64,000 bases of DNA from contig CM120646.1 of NCBI GenBank assembly GCA_051362555.1, positions 19,902,001 to 19,966,000 of the forward strand, written 5' to 3'. Every line of letters starts with the position of its first letter. Position 1 is the stretch's first letter. This stretch comes from Lingula anatina. Taxonomy: Eukaryota; Animalia; Brachiopoda. Below the pieces are notes generated by a model. The model saw only the letters and a program-made list of their open reading frames with translations. It was not told the DNA's origin and did no database searches. The translations under genes and the position numbers were made by a program. Below are positions 1 to 13,000 of this stretch, piece by piece.

Positions 1-2078
1 TGCTGCTTGGAAAATTTGCTTATTTATAATTTGAATTTCCAGGTACACTTTTGTGGTTTTTGTTCTTTCAAAAGAAAACAAGAAAAGAAGAGAATTGTAA
101 CGAAAAAAAATTTGTCATATTTCCTTTCTAGCATATATTGACCACAACTATAAATTATTCCAAATTATTCACTATCAAAGGAAAACGCGATTACCTTTCC
201 ACAATTACGTAAATGGTAAAGGTTAAGTAATGTGGTCAATATGTTTTTCTAATTTCTAAAAATAAACAAGTAAAAGAGTAACATAAACCAAGGACTTCTA
301 TCATCGTTCTTGCATAAACTGACCATGTCACGTAAATATTTACTGCTTGGATAGCGGTGATTTTATAAAGTTAATTAGTTCTATTTGTACATTGCAACGC
401 ATGCATGATCCCAAAAATATGAATATATAATTCTAGTGTCCAAATAAGAATTCCAGTAGCTATAGTTTAAATATCCTTATAAATATTTGATATTAGTTAT
501 GATGGCAATGGAATACAGTATTTACAGCAAATTAAATTCAATTTTGCCCTTAAAAGATTTGAAAAGAAAATATCCTTGATGTTTAAAAGATACATGTTTA
601 AGATACATGTAGATGTACTTAGACAAAAAGGCAGAAAGAAATAAAGAAACGAATGTACCAACTTTGCGTTTTCGTACGTGAACTTAATGAACCTCTGATT
701 CATCTTCCTATCTCCGCTATGAAAGTAGGTTTAACTAATTATCAAAACATTTCGATTTATTAAAAACAGTTCTCTCATACTATACAATATTCCTTACCAT
801 AAGGGCGAACATGCCTATCAACACTTCAGTCTTCATCTTTGCTTTTCACGTCAGCTTTTGGCAGTGCACAGGCAAAAGTTGGAGACGTTTGACTGGGTTG
901 CTTACTGTCCAATTGGCATTTTCTGGCAGTGCTCGTTGTCTTTATATAGCCGTCTGGAAGCACGTGCTTGAAAGCAAACGAATACGACGTAAAGAAGTTT
1001 GGCGAGGCTCTTTAAGAAAAATTCACTTAAGCCGGTTGCAAACCGGTTATGAATCGCTATTTTTGATATAAACTGGGTCTCTTTGTATATCGAGCGTTCT
1101 AAGTTAATTAGGCAGCGGCGTTTTGGGACCACACTGCTGATAGTATAGGCAGTGTACAATATATTTAAGATCATGGCTTGACTTGGGTGTTCGGCCATTA
1201 GAATTGCATAATGAAATCAACACCCATTTAACTTGTTGATGAAGTTGCACCAGGCCCGAGTTGTGTGAATCTTCCCTAGAAAACCAGGGGCTCAAGATCT
1301 GACCAGGAAGAAAAATTGTCGAGAAAAACATCGAGATAAGGATTTACGCAGTACGTAGAATGCCTCTTCAGTAAACAGCTAAAGATAAAGCAACACTGTT
1401 GCCCAAAGGTTACTACAAAGACCCAATACAATTCACTCATTGTACATGTTTCACGTACACCTACAGTGGCCTACCTGTTCACATTAAAATAAGCAAAGCA
1501 GACTTTATGATATAACCTTCGCGAAATTCACATAAATGCAAAGATGAAGAAATTCCTTTAGACAACAGTACGCGTCTGCTCGCAAATAGCAAAACAAAAT
1601 TCAATCCATCTATAAGCTTTTTTTAACTGGTACAAATATTTTACAGCGAAAAAGTCTTCAATGTTTCAAATGTGGTACTTTACAGTCATAAAATGGCCAA
1701 TTACGTTGGTCGACGTATTTGTATTTAACAACACTGTCTTTATACCATTGACCCACTCGCCTAATTCAAAGGAGAAAACACAAAACTTCATTTCTCTGGA
1801 GAACACCATTTTATTCGTTGTTAAAACACTTATGTTATTATCTTGCTTTGCTGAGATAAACAGTTGGCGTATCGTCACAACAGTCAACAAGTGATGAACT
1901 ATCTGAAAAGTCAAGGCCGAGATAAAAATAAGTGTTATGTGCAGTGAACGGTATTGCGTAGAATATCTTGGACTGCAGCCAAGGGGCATTATAGCGTCTT
2001 TGTGAGTATTCAAACTGTCCCAACTCTTATCTTCTAGTATGCAGTGCCGGGCGTAAATAACACTTGGCATATAATTAA

Positions 2079-2347
2079 AGCATGTCTAGTAAACATGGCT
2101 TTGACTAATTGCATGCGTCCACTTCTACAACAGAGGAGGAATAATTACCAGGAAAGATTGTTAGTGCCTAACGGGTATATATAACGGTTGTCAGCTAAAA
2201 CTGACCCTTTAATGAAGAAGAGTTACCACAGCAGAGATCCTTATGTTATAACATTCCAGCATGAAGGTCTCATTTGTTCTGTTGATTTCTCTCTTGGTGA
2301 ATTGGGATCCGAATCCCAAACGATTTAGTAGAACAATTGGCATATAA
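2079..2347 (+). pseudogene. Truncated duplicate of the promoter and first ~23 codons of array gene 1
   Basis: Near-identical to ~3016-3272, including TATATATAA (2176) and ATG at 2261. Reads MKVSFVLLISLLVNWDPNPKRFSRTIGI then stops at 2345-2347. Confidence 0.85.
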
Positions 2348-2791
2348 CTTAAGTATTTAATATTTTGGTCATTCTTCTATAAAATAAGATCCTCATGTGA
2401 GTTTGCGCTGACGGACATGTAACTGCGGATCATTATCAGTTTGCAATTTTGAATATGTCCCTTGCCCACGCTCTTCTTCAAACGTCTATCCTGAATAAAT
2501 TGATACTGTTTATAACTGGTTATATCCATGTGTTTAACCAGGTTTCCGATGCAAGGTTATATTATTGTGTTTATTTTATTTGAAATCCTGCCTCAACAAT
2601 TTGAAACAAATCGTCAGTAAAAGTCTCAAAAAAGATTACCATTCAGTTTTGTAAGATGGCCCAAGTAAGCAGTATGAATACAGCGAATTTACAGCGAAAA
2701 TGCATAACACATGTTTCCCCCTTTGCCTCCCCCCACCCCACCCTACTACGGGCAATAATACGCTTCTAAGCAGGATCTGCACGTTCTTGTC

Positions 2792-2793
<2 letters not shown>

Positions 2794-2846
<53 letters not shown>
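2794..2846. repeat. (TA)n microsatellite
   Basis: Perfect TA run. Confidence 0.95.
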
Positions 2847-2849
<3 letters not shown>

Positions 2850-3110
2850 TGCATAGCGCTACAAAGAAAAAGAGAAGGGAAAAGATTCAGAAATGTCAGT
2901 CAACTAATTAACCAGTTTTGTTCGCAAAACATTATTTGATATAGCATGTTTTAAGCAGATGACCTTTTGTTTAAGTCGCTAGGGTTTGATCCGACTTATT
3001 AATAAGCACATATCGCATGTCTAATAAACATGGCTTTGACTAATTGCATGCGGCCTTTTCCACAAGAGAGGAAAAATAATTACCAGGAAAGATTGTTAGT
3101 GCCTAACGGG

Positions 3111-3119
3111 TATATATAA
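3111..3119 (+). promoter_or_regulatory. TATA box of array gene 1
   Basis: TATATATAA ~90 bp upstream of ATG 3204. A TATA is positionally conserved in every copy (9991, 20415, 24881, 33056). Confidence 0.7.
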
Positions 3120-3203
3120 CGGTTGTCAGCTAAAACTGACCCTCAATTCCTTTAATGAAGAAGAGCTACCACAACAGAGATCCTTGTGTTATAACATTCC
3201 AGC

Positions 3204-5230
3204 ATGAAGGTCTCATTTGTTCTGTTGATTTCTCTCTTGGTGAATTGGGATCCGAATCCCAAACGATTTAGAAGAGCCATCGCACAAACTGCAATTGGGA
3301 ATGCTCCCAAGGTTTTTGGGAACACTATAAAGACGTCTACTAATATCAGGTATTCCACTGAGATCGGTGCAGGAATAACGGCCCCAAATGCAAATAAAGT
3401 AGTCAGTGACACTACGACCGTCGCAATACCATCGGCACATGTTCGGAAGAATTTCAGTGACCATGGGGGACAGGTTACCGAAGGCAGCATACTAGGAAAC
3501 ATCACTGAATCTGGAGAAAACAACACGATGACGAGTAGAATAAAAGACGATTTCGCTACCATCCAAACTATCAAATTCAGTGATCCTCTGTCGACCACCA
3601 CAGCGTCAATGACAGACCCCTTAAAAGTATTATTTGAGGATCTATTATCGCCAAATTCGTCGACTCAGGTAATCCCCGTAAATCGTCAGTTTTGCGCTTC
3701 TCTGGTGGATGTGTCACCAAATCAGGTAACATTAACCAGAAAATTTGTCCACATCACATGCTATTGTGACGACATTTGTGACATTTTCGGCGATTGTTGT
3801 TGGCCATACCATCGCCACTGCAACAACACCAAGGTGACGGGGATTGACTTGGTGCAGAATAATACAGAATGCTGGCTACAGGGCACTAGAGAAATATGGG
3901 ACGTTCACAGTAAGAACTATTGGGTGGTATCTTCATGCCCAGACAAATGGCCAAATGACACAGTACGTGAAAAATGTGAACTGAAAGAGCACTCCATTGA
4001 TTTGGACCCCATTCTCCCAGTCTCTTCAACTGATGCCAATATTACGTTTAAGAATAAATACTGTGCGACATGTCATGGCGTCGAGAATTACCAGACATGG
4101 ACACCGAAAATTGCTTGTGAAAAGACACAAATTGAAACCTTTCTGAACACAACAACCACGGGGCAAATTGTAAGCCTAATTAAAAAGACAAAAGATTGTA
4201 CGTTATTCTTTGAAAACCCGGTTGAATATCCGGGTAGACCATGCATCGGTTCTAAAGGAAAACACGACTTGGCGTCCGGCTTCTATGACGGAGAGTGCAA
4301 TGTCGAAAGCAACGCTGAATTGGCAAATTTGTGTGGGTCAGGTCCTGTTACCTTAACCTATATGGGAAATGTCCTAGATTATCGGTATGGACGCAATATT
4401 TTCTGCTTGCTGTGCCAAGTACGGTCTCCTTCACGACTAGAAATTGAGGACTGTGAAAACGGTAAGTTCTGTCAATCCTTTAAGAGCACAATAAGGGTTC
4501 AACTTTTACATTTTTTACATTATCAAGCCGTTGTATACTTAAAGACCGTTCTCTTATGCCCTGTTAACATCGATCGCAATGTAACGCTTCCACCATGCAC
4601 GGTGATCAGGAAAGCTTGGTTACTTTCTCTGCCCTCGGTCGTTCCAAGCATGGGTCGCCTACCACATCAAACCTCAAGCTTTATCTGATGCTCGCAAGTT
4701 AATGTTGTATAAAATGCTTGTGTCTGTAGATTGTTTTCCAAATATCGTGATGATTAGACCACACAATACCGATAACAAAACGTGCTTAAACGTTTTGCAA
4801 TACCCCTGAAAACCGTTGTGATTGGTTGGTAAATACTTGGTATATTAGCCACGTGCGGCCAACTTAGATTTACAAAAATGTGTTCTTCGGACGCTTGAAA
4901 TACATGGAAACGCATAAATTTCGACGTAAATACATAATTACCCCTACCCCTATAAATTGTATATGTACATAATGGTTAGACCAAACACGACTAATGGTAT
5001 GAGCACCAAGACGTTCTTCCCACGTTTTGAAATACGCCATTATCGATAGAAATTTTTAAAAAATAACTTTAAAATTCTGCCTTACGGTCAATTTTATGTA
5101 TTTTTTTAGCTTTTATTCCATTTATTAATTCAAATTAATCTAAGTGGTTGTAGGCTTTTATAGTTATAATATTTATAGACACCTCCGAGACGTTTGTGTT
5201 ATACGATTTTGATAAATTTATAATAATAAT

Positions 5231-5266
<36 letters not shown>

Positions 5267-7494
5267 TATAATAATAATAATAATAATTATTATTATTATT
5301 ATTATTACAGAACTAGCAATCATGCAGTCAAGAAACAATAAGCATAAACCTACCCCTTTTTGTTTTTTATAGGTGGATAAAATATCAATGATTTGAAATT
5401 TCAAAATAAATTGATAATTATTTCTTGTTGGTTCATTTTCAACGTTTCATCAACCATTAATGATAACTAACATCCATGACTTTATTCTTTTATAATTAAA
5501 TCCATCTGATACTTCTTTCTTTTACAGATCGAATTCATATAAAATCATTTCAACCAAACGGTTTCTCTGCCATAATAGATTTTGAGAGGGAACTGTCGTG
5601 CCGTGAGACGAAAAATGAGGTAAGAACTTATTTCAGGTGTAGTTGTATATTTGTGCCATTTATACATTTTAACCGATATATCTTATTTCCATGGAAGAAA
5701 TAGAATGAGCGCCAGAGTATTAATAAAGTTTCAATTGAACTTTCCTTGAAATTCCAACACTGTCCCTGTACTCGTCAACAAAATTACCGCTAATATCAAA
5801 CAGGTTTTTGAGTTTGACGTTTCTGATTCTTTGAGCCACTACCAGAGCAGGGGTGGATAGAGTTACATTCCACTAGTAGCTTTAAAAGTTAAGAAAAACT
5901 TGAAAGGATTATATTTTTACATGAACACCTTGGTGAAAAAAAAGGAACTATGATTTTTTCTCCACAAAATCGCAGCTGGAGGATAGCATATCGATTCCGT
6001 TAATTAGTTGAGACCAGATCACTAATTTGCCCTATGACGTCAATTTGAACGTCAGACACACGTACATACAGTATATTGCGCCCAAGAGAACATTTAACAT
6101 TCAAAATTTTTATAAAAATATCTGTGACTTAGGGATAATTCCCATTGAAAATATCGGTCTACGTAGATCGATCCAACTCTGTGGGGATGAACACAATTCC
6201 TCCTGGCGTTGAGTAATACAGAAACTCTTTTTCCACTCTTGTTTTCATTTATTTTAAAACCAGAAAAAAGGTAAAAATCTAAATAAACGATTTGGGAAAA
6301 ATTCATTTTGAATGTCAAGTCCTTATATATACTGACAGTCAATGAAAACGCATCAGAAAACTTTCTTGACTTTTGTACTCTTGTACTTTTACCGAGAATC
6401 AATTCCAACCATATAAACGAGTTCATATGCACTTGTTTGGTCATAAGAGCGTGGGCTGACCACCTGGATGTTTAAAATTTCCGCTTCAGTGATTTTGTGA
6501 TCAGCTGTTACAAAATCATGTGTTTTCCTGTCTCGTGATTGGTGTGAATTAATCAGGTTCAATATATGGTGATTATTAAGCCTATTTAGGGTAGTCACCA
6601 AATCCAGTATGACACATGAAAAATGAAAAAGTATGAAAAAGTTCTGTGATGCTATGTCTGACACTGGAAGGGCGACTGCGGGCCCTGGGGATGCTGGAGG
6701 CTGGGCGGAACCAAAGATATTTGATCACGTGACCTTGCATTTTAATGATCTTTTTTAATGATCTTTTCTGACCTTTATTTCACCTTGTGTGACTGAATAA
6801 TGGGTCATATTTCACACGAAAACTCTTATTTTCTTAATGTGCCAAGGAACTTAAAATATTATTTGATATATAAATGATGCATTTCCATTGACTGTCAGTA
6901 TAAATGCTTGATCTCTTTCAGAAATCCTGCGGTCAATGTCCCGAGTCGGACATAAGGTGCCTCATGCCCCTAACTGGAATGTTTAATGTGAGGTACTATT
7001 TGATCATAAGATTGACCCCTTTAAACAGTTTGATGGCATTGTGTTCACTCGAAGATTGTTACATCGACGAATTGCTATCGCAAGATTTATCTCAGTTCCA
7101 TCCTAGGGGGGCGTGGGAGCACACGGAAAACCCAAGTGGCGGAATGAGATGCGACAAACCGACTGTTGACAATACCAACGCTACTCTTTGGGTTCCAGTT
7201 CAACTGAAGAAAACTGTTAAAAATGCCAATGAAGGTTTGCGTTTGTTTGAGCAGTTCGAGGATCAAATGGCGGTCTTTGTACAGCGCCATTACTCTCAGG
7301 TAACAATAAACGGTGTCGATTATACTTTAACCGTCGTGCGCAATCGTACATCCGGGCAACTCGCATGGCCCTCTTCGACCATTCCTTCTCTTGTAAATGG
7401 CATTCCACCAACTCTTCAGTGTTCCGGAGGATACGTCCGTCATTGGGTATGGCCAATTATACTGATTATAAAATTTGGCAGAGTTGAGTTATAA
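3204..7494 (+). CDS. Array gene 1: secreted SMB-like/Cys-rich glycoprotein (~640 aa) resembling an SMB/Methuselah-like GPCR ectodomain, no 7TM
   Basis: Exons 3204-4461, 5528-5619, 6922-7494; GT-AG, phases 1 and 0 consistent, 1923 nt. Hydrophobic N-terminus, Thr/Ser-rich region, CYCDDICDIFGDCCWPYHRHC (SMB-like), PVSS..TFKNKYCATCHG and YGRNIFCLLC motifs. AATAAA at 7787. Confidence 0.85.
5220..5306. repeat. (AAT)n/(ATT)n microsatellite in intron 1 of gene 1
   Basis: Imperfect trinucleotide run. Confidence 0.9.
6330..6900. mobile_element. Non-autonomous DNA transposon (MITE), TA target, Tc1/mariner-type
   Basis: ~26-bp TIRs TACTGACAGTCAATG(A/G)AAA(C/T)GCATCA flanked by TA. Absent at the paralogous site of gene 2 (~13210). 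Confidence 0.8.
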
Positions 7495-10069
7495 TCCAAA
7501 CATCAGAGGGAAAGGTATGCGAACATAGTTAACTCTCTCAATTATTAACTACTGACGGAGTGCTTACAACTTCGTAAAAAGACATCGTTATTGGATGATA
7601 GCCAAAGGTTAAAGTTATTATGAAGCAATGTAAGAAGTGAGATCACTATGAACAACATGGCAGATAAATCCAATTTGTCATCAAGAGAAGACTGCAGTTA
7701 GGAGCGATTTGCCTAACGTTAACATGAGGGATGCGAATTCTCCGAATCGACATACATGTAAAGCTAAATCTGTATTTGATTTTCACAATAAAGTTAAAGC
7801 ACAAGTGGAACGTTTTTGTCAAACGACTCAGTTATAAACTACAGGCACAGTAGTTGACGAGGGCAATGTCTGTTGGTCATAGGGATGGGAGTATTGCTTA
7901 TTTATATCTCGTTTCGCTAGTTACACTTTTGAATAGATGAATGTCCCGATATGATTTAGAGCTGAATAATTATTTGAAAGGTTCATTCGTGGAAGTTGTA
8001 AACTTCTGGTTCACCCTCTATTGTCTGATTCGAAGGTTAACTTATCTCCTAGAATTTATTAAAGCGCTTAGATTTTAGCAAAGCGTCCAATTAAAGAAGC
8101 CCACTCATTACCATGTCAGATCATTGTCCTTATACCACTAACCTTACTCTCCTATTTGAAAGGAGAAGAACAAAGCTACATTGCTGTCAAGAATATCTTT
8201 ACGTGACCCAGTAGGTTAGTAATTTCATAATTTATCTTCATTTAATTTTAATACCAGTGTGGCAATCACAGGCATACTCAAAATCCAGACTTTAATGCAT
8301 TGTTTATAACTATATAATCAGAAACCGAATGAACAACCGAAGGAAGTCAGCAAGCAGAAGATTATAATTGTAAAGCAAACAGATTTCATTTTTCCCAATA
8401 TATCAAAACCAGACTGTGGACATTCTTGTTCGTAAAAGAAATATTTGGGGTTAATAAAGACATATAAATGTGTTTAACATGCACAATGTACAAAGCATAA
8501 GAGAACTCAACATTTTATGTACACTTACAAATGATGTTTTGAGAAAACATATTTTGGAAAACTTGCTGGTGTACCTGTGATTATTATGGGTGACTGGGTA
8601 AATTCGGGATTTTATAGAACAAGATTTATACCACGTTCTATGATTTTGTAGAATTTTATGTATATGATTATTTTGATAGGACCTGATCATCAAAGTATAA
8701 TTGTGTTAGTGTATATGGTACCAGCAAACCACCGATAAATATGTATAAAACGGTAATGAAGACACCTGTATATCATATCTACATAATGGAAGTACATGTA
8801 GCAGTATGGACAGTTAAAGAGCTGTGAGCTATTTACAGTGATAAGAGGCTTTGAGTGATAATTTTTCCAGAGTCGTCACCTTCTAATATCGTTTTATTTA
8901 ATGTTGCATCACAAGAAAACACAGTTGCAGACAAAATAAATGTTAACTCGTAGGGTTGGTGTGGGTGGAAAAAGAACAAAGAGGACGAATGTACAAGGAC
9001 ACAGTTCTCTAAATGTATGGATTTTGTTACAACTCTTCTTAAGCACAAAGAAAATGATGAATTCTCAGTTTGTTGATTTTTATCTGCATTTGACAGAGTC
9101 CAGAAAAATGTTGTGGAATATGTTAAAAAGGAAGGGAATTAGAGGAAAATTAATACTAACGTAGTCCATGAATTAACGACTTTAGTCACTTAATACTTAT
9201 ATCCTTCACGAAGGAATAACATGAAGTTTAGAAAGCACATATTGGTACTTTATTTACTGTTGTCAATTAGCCATAATCAGATTGTTCAAACAAAAGAAAG
9301 CTGATTATGCTAGACAAGAGTGTCCGTAGACAATGTTTAGTGACAAATCACAATATGCGTACGCCATTTTCAGATTTCTTTTTGTGTTTAAGTGTGGAAA
9401 AACGAGCCCAAAAGAGAGAAACAAAGCGACTTAGAAATGTCATTCAAAAATACATCAATTGTTTTGTCAAGCAGATGTAATTTGATATAACATTGCCCAC
9501 TAAGCAGACCATCTTTTGTTAGGGCCCCTAGGGTTATTGAATTTGAGGTGACGTTTTATTTTTCACATTGTGTCATATCGTATTTCTAATAAGCCTGATT
9601 TTGTCACAATGCATGTATCTCATTCCACCAGGGAGAGGTACATTTAACTTTACGCCAATCTGTTAGTGCCTTTGGGGTAAATATAATGAGCTTAATGTGA
9701 CCTTCGGCCTCTTGCGCGAAGAAGAGTTGATCTGCTGATTTTGCATTCAAAAATGTCGTTCGGCCAATTTATCAATTGTGTTGTGAAGCAGATGTAATAT
9801 GATAGATCATAAAATTCTAAGCGGATACTCTTTTGTTTGAGCTGCTAGGGTTTTTTTAATTTTAGGGAACGTTTTATATTTCGCATTGTATCGTGTCTTG
9901 TTTTTTGTCAGCACTATTTTGAGACAATGCATTTATCTCCTTCCACCAGACAAGAATAGTAACTTCGTTAACCTGTTAGCGCCTGCTTGGTATATAAAAA
10001 GAGCTAAAACTAACTCTTAGTCTATTTTACGAAGAAAAGTTTGGGGCGCTGGTGTTGAAACATTTCAAC

Positions 10070-13000
10070 ATGAAAGTCTCTTTTGTTCTGTTCGTTTCTC
10101 TCTTGGTTTATTGGGATCCGAACCCAAAAAAATTAAAAAGAGCTTTCGCTCAAACAGAAGTTGGAGATGCTCCTGACTTTTCAAAGAACACGGTAAAAAT
10201 GTCTCAGAGTGACAGGCCTTCCACCAATATTGCTGTGGGAATAACGACTCCAAACACCCCAGACACAAAACAAGAAGCCAGCAACCCTACGACCGTCCCA
10301 ATACCATCGACACATGTTCGGAAAAATTCAAGTGACCATGGGGGACAGGTTACCGATGGCATCAAAGAGAGAAACATCACTGGATCTGGAGAAAACAACA
10401 CGATGACGAAGAGGATAAAAGAGGATGTCTTTGATACCATCCAAACCATCAAATTCAGTGATCATCTGTCGAACACCACAGCATCAATGATGACAGACCC
10501 TTTTGAAATGATCTACGAGGACTTATTAACATCAGATTCCTCGACTCATCTAATCCCCGTTAATCGTCAGTTTTGTGCTACTCTGGTGGATGTGTCATCA
10601 AATCAGGTAACATTAACCAGAAAGTTTGTCCACATCACATGCTATTGTGACGACATTTGTGACATTTTCGGCGATTGTTGTTGGCCATACCATCGCCACT
10701 GCAACAACACCAAGATGACGGGGATTGATTTAGTGCAGAATAATACAGAATGCTGGCTACAGGGCACCAGAGAAATATGGGACGTTCACAGTAAGAACTA
10801 TTGGGTGGTATCTTCATGCCCAGACAAATGGCCAAATGACACAGTACGTGAAAAATGTGAACTGAAAGAGCACTCCAATGATCTGGAACTCATTCTCCCA
10901 GTCTCTTCAACCGATGCCAATATCACGTTTAAAAATAAATACTGTGCGGCATGTCATGGCGTCGAGAATTACCAGACATGGACACCAAAAATTGCTTGTG
11001 AAAACTCACAAATTGAAACCTTTCTGAACGCAACAACCACGGGGCATATTGTAAGCCAAATTAAAAAGACAAAAGATTGTACGTTATTCTTTGAAAACCC
11101 GGTTGAATATCCGGGTAGACCATGCATCGGTGTTGAAGGAAAACACGACTTGGCGTCCGGCTTTTATGACGGAGAGTGCAAACTCGGAAGCAACGCTGAA
11201 GTGGCCAATTTGTGTGGATTGGGTCCTGTTACCTTAACCTATATGGGAAATGTCCTAGGATATCGGTATGGACGCAATATTTTCTGCTTGCTGTGCCAAG
11301 TACGGTCTCCTTCACGACTGGAAATTGAGGACTGTGAAAACGGTAAGTTCTGTCAATCCTTTAAGAGCACAATAAGGATTCAACTTTTACATTTTTACAT
11401 TATCAAGCCGTTTTATAATTAAAGATCGTTCTCTTATGCCCTGTAAACATCGCTCGAAATGTGACGCTTCCACCATGCACGGTGATCAGGAAAGCTTGGT
11501 TACTTTCGCTGCTGATGCTCGCAAGTGATGCGCTAAAGTGAAAACGCTGTTCTGTTAACAAAGACACCTTAACGTCATCTGGTATTGGAAACGTGCCAAG
11601 AAGACTCTTAAGTGTTGTTTAAAATGCTGTGTCTTTGATCGTTTTCCAAATATTTTGATGATTAGACCACACAATACCGATACCAAAACGTGCTTAAACG
11701 TTTTGCAATACTTTACCAAGGCCCCTGAAAACCGTTGCGATTAGTTGGTAAATACTTGGTATATTAGCCACGTGCGGCCAACTGAGATTTAAAAAAAATG
11801 TGTTCTTCGGACGCTTGAAAAATATAGAGACGCATAAAAGTTATCGCAATTTGACATAAATATATAATTACAGTACCCCTATAAGTCGTACATGTGTATA
11901 ATGCTTAGACCAAGCATGGTTACTGGTATGAGCTACAAGACGTTCTTCCCACGTTTTGAAATACGCCATTATAGAGAGAAATTTTTAAAATTACTTTACA
12001 ATTCTGCCTGACGGTCATTTTTTTTCACTTTTAAACTTTTATTCCTTTTAATTATTCAAAATAATCTAAGTGGTTGTCGTTATAATATTTAAAGACACCT
12101 CCGAGACGTTTGTATTTTACGAATTTGAAAAATGTATAATAATAATAATAATAATGATAATAATAATAATTGTTATTATTATAGAACTAACAATCATGCA
12201 GTCAAGAAACAATAATCATAAGTCTGCCCCTTTTTGTTTTTTAAAGGTGGATAAAATATCACTGATTTGAAATTATCCACTTGGACAGAATTGTTTCTTG
12301 TTGGTTTTCAACGTTTCATCAACCATAAATGATAACTAACATTAATGAAATTATTCTTTTATAACTAAATTCATCTGATACTTCTATCTTTTATAGATCG
12401 ACCTTATAAAAAAAAATTTGAACCAAGCGGTTTCTCTGCCATAATAGATTTTGAGAGGGAACTGTCGTGCCGAGAGACGAAAAATGAGGTAAGAACTTAT
12501 TTCATGTGGAGTTGTACAGTATACCTATGCCATTTATACATTTTAACCGATAAATCTTATTTCCATGGAAGAAACAGAAAGAGCGCCAGATTATTTATAC
12601 AATTTCAATTGAACTTTCCTTGAAATTCCAACACTGTCCCCAAAATGACTAATATCAAACAGGTTTTTGAGTTTGACGTTTCTAATTCGTTGAGCCACTT
12701 CCATAGCAGAGGTGGATAGAGCTACATTCCAGTAGTGGCATCAAAAGTTGAGAAAAACTTGAAAGGATTATATTTTTACATGAACACCTTGGTGAAAAAA
12801 AGGAACTATGATTTTTTTCTCCACAAAATCGCAGCTGGAGGATAGCATATCGATTCCGTTAATTAGTTGAGACCAGATCACTAATTTGCCCTATGACGTC
12901 AATTTGAACGTCAGACACACGTACATACAGTATATTGCGCCCAAGAGAACATTTAACATTCAAAATTTTTATAAAAATATCTGTGACTTAGGGATAATTC

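Noticed and set aside
1-2070. Short ORFs and a mildly GC-rich patch (~850-1330)
   Set aside because: No recognisable domains, consistent exon chain or element termini that I could establish.
4462-4688. C-terminal extensions of the long ORFs (also 11343-11422, 26233-26273, 34408-34514)
   Set aside because: Read-through into intron 1; a conserved G|GTRAGT donor and in-phase exon 2 exist in all four copies and the extensions vary in length.
7510-7522. AAAG|GTATGC donor-like site just after the stop in genes 1-3, as a route to 7TM exons
   Set aside because: It lies after a stop conserved in all copies and is lost in gene 4; no 7TM exons are visible downstream and AATAAA follows.
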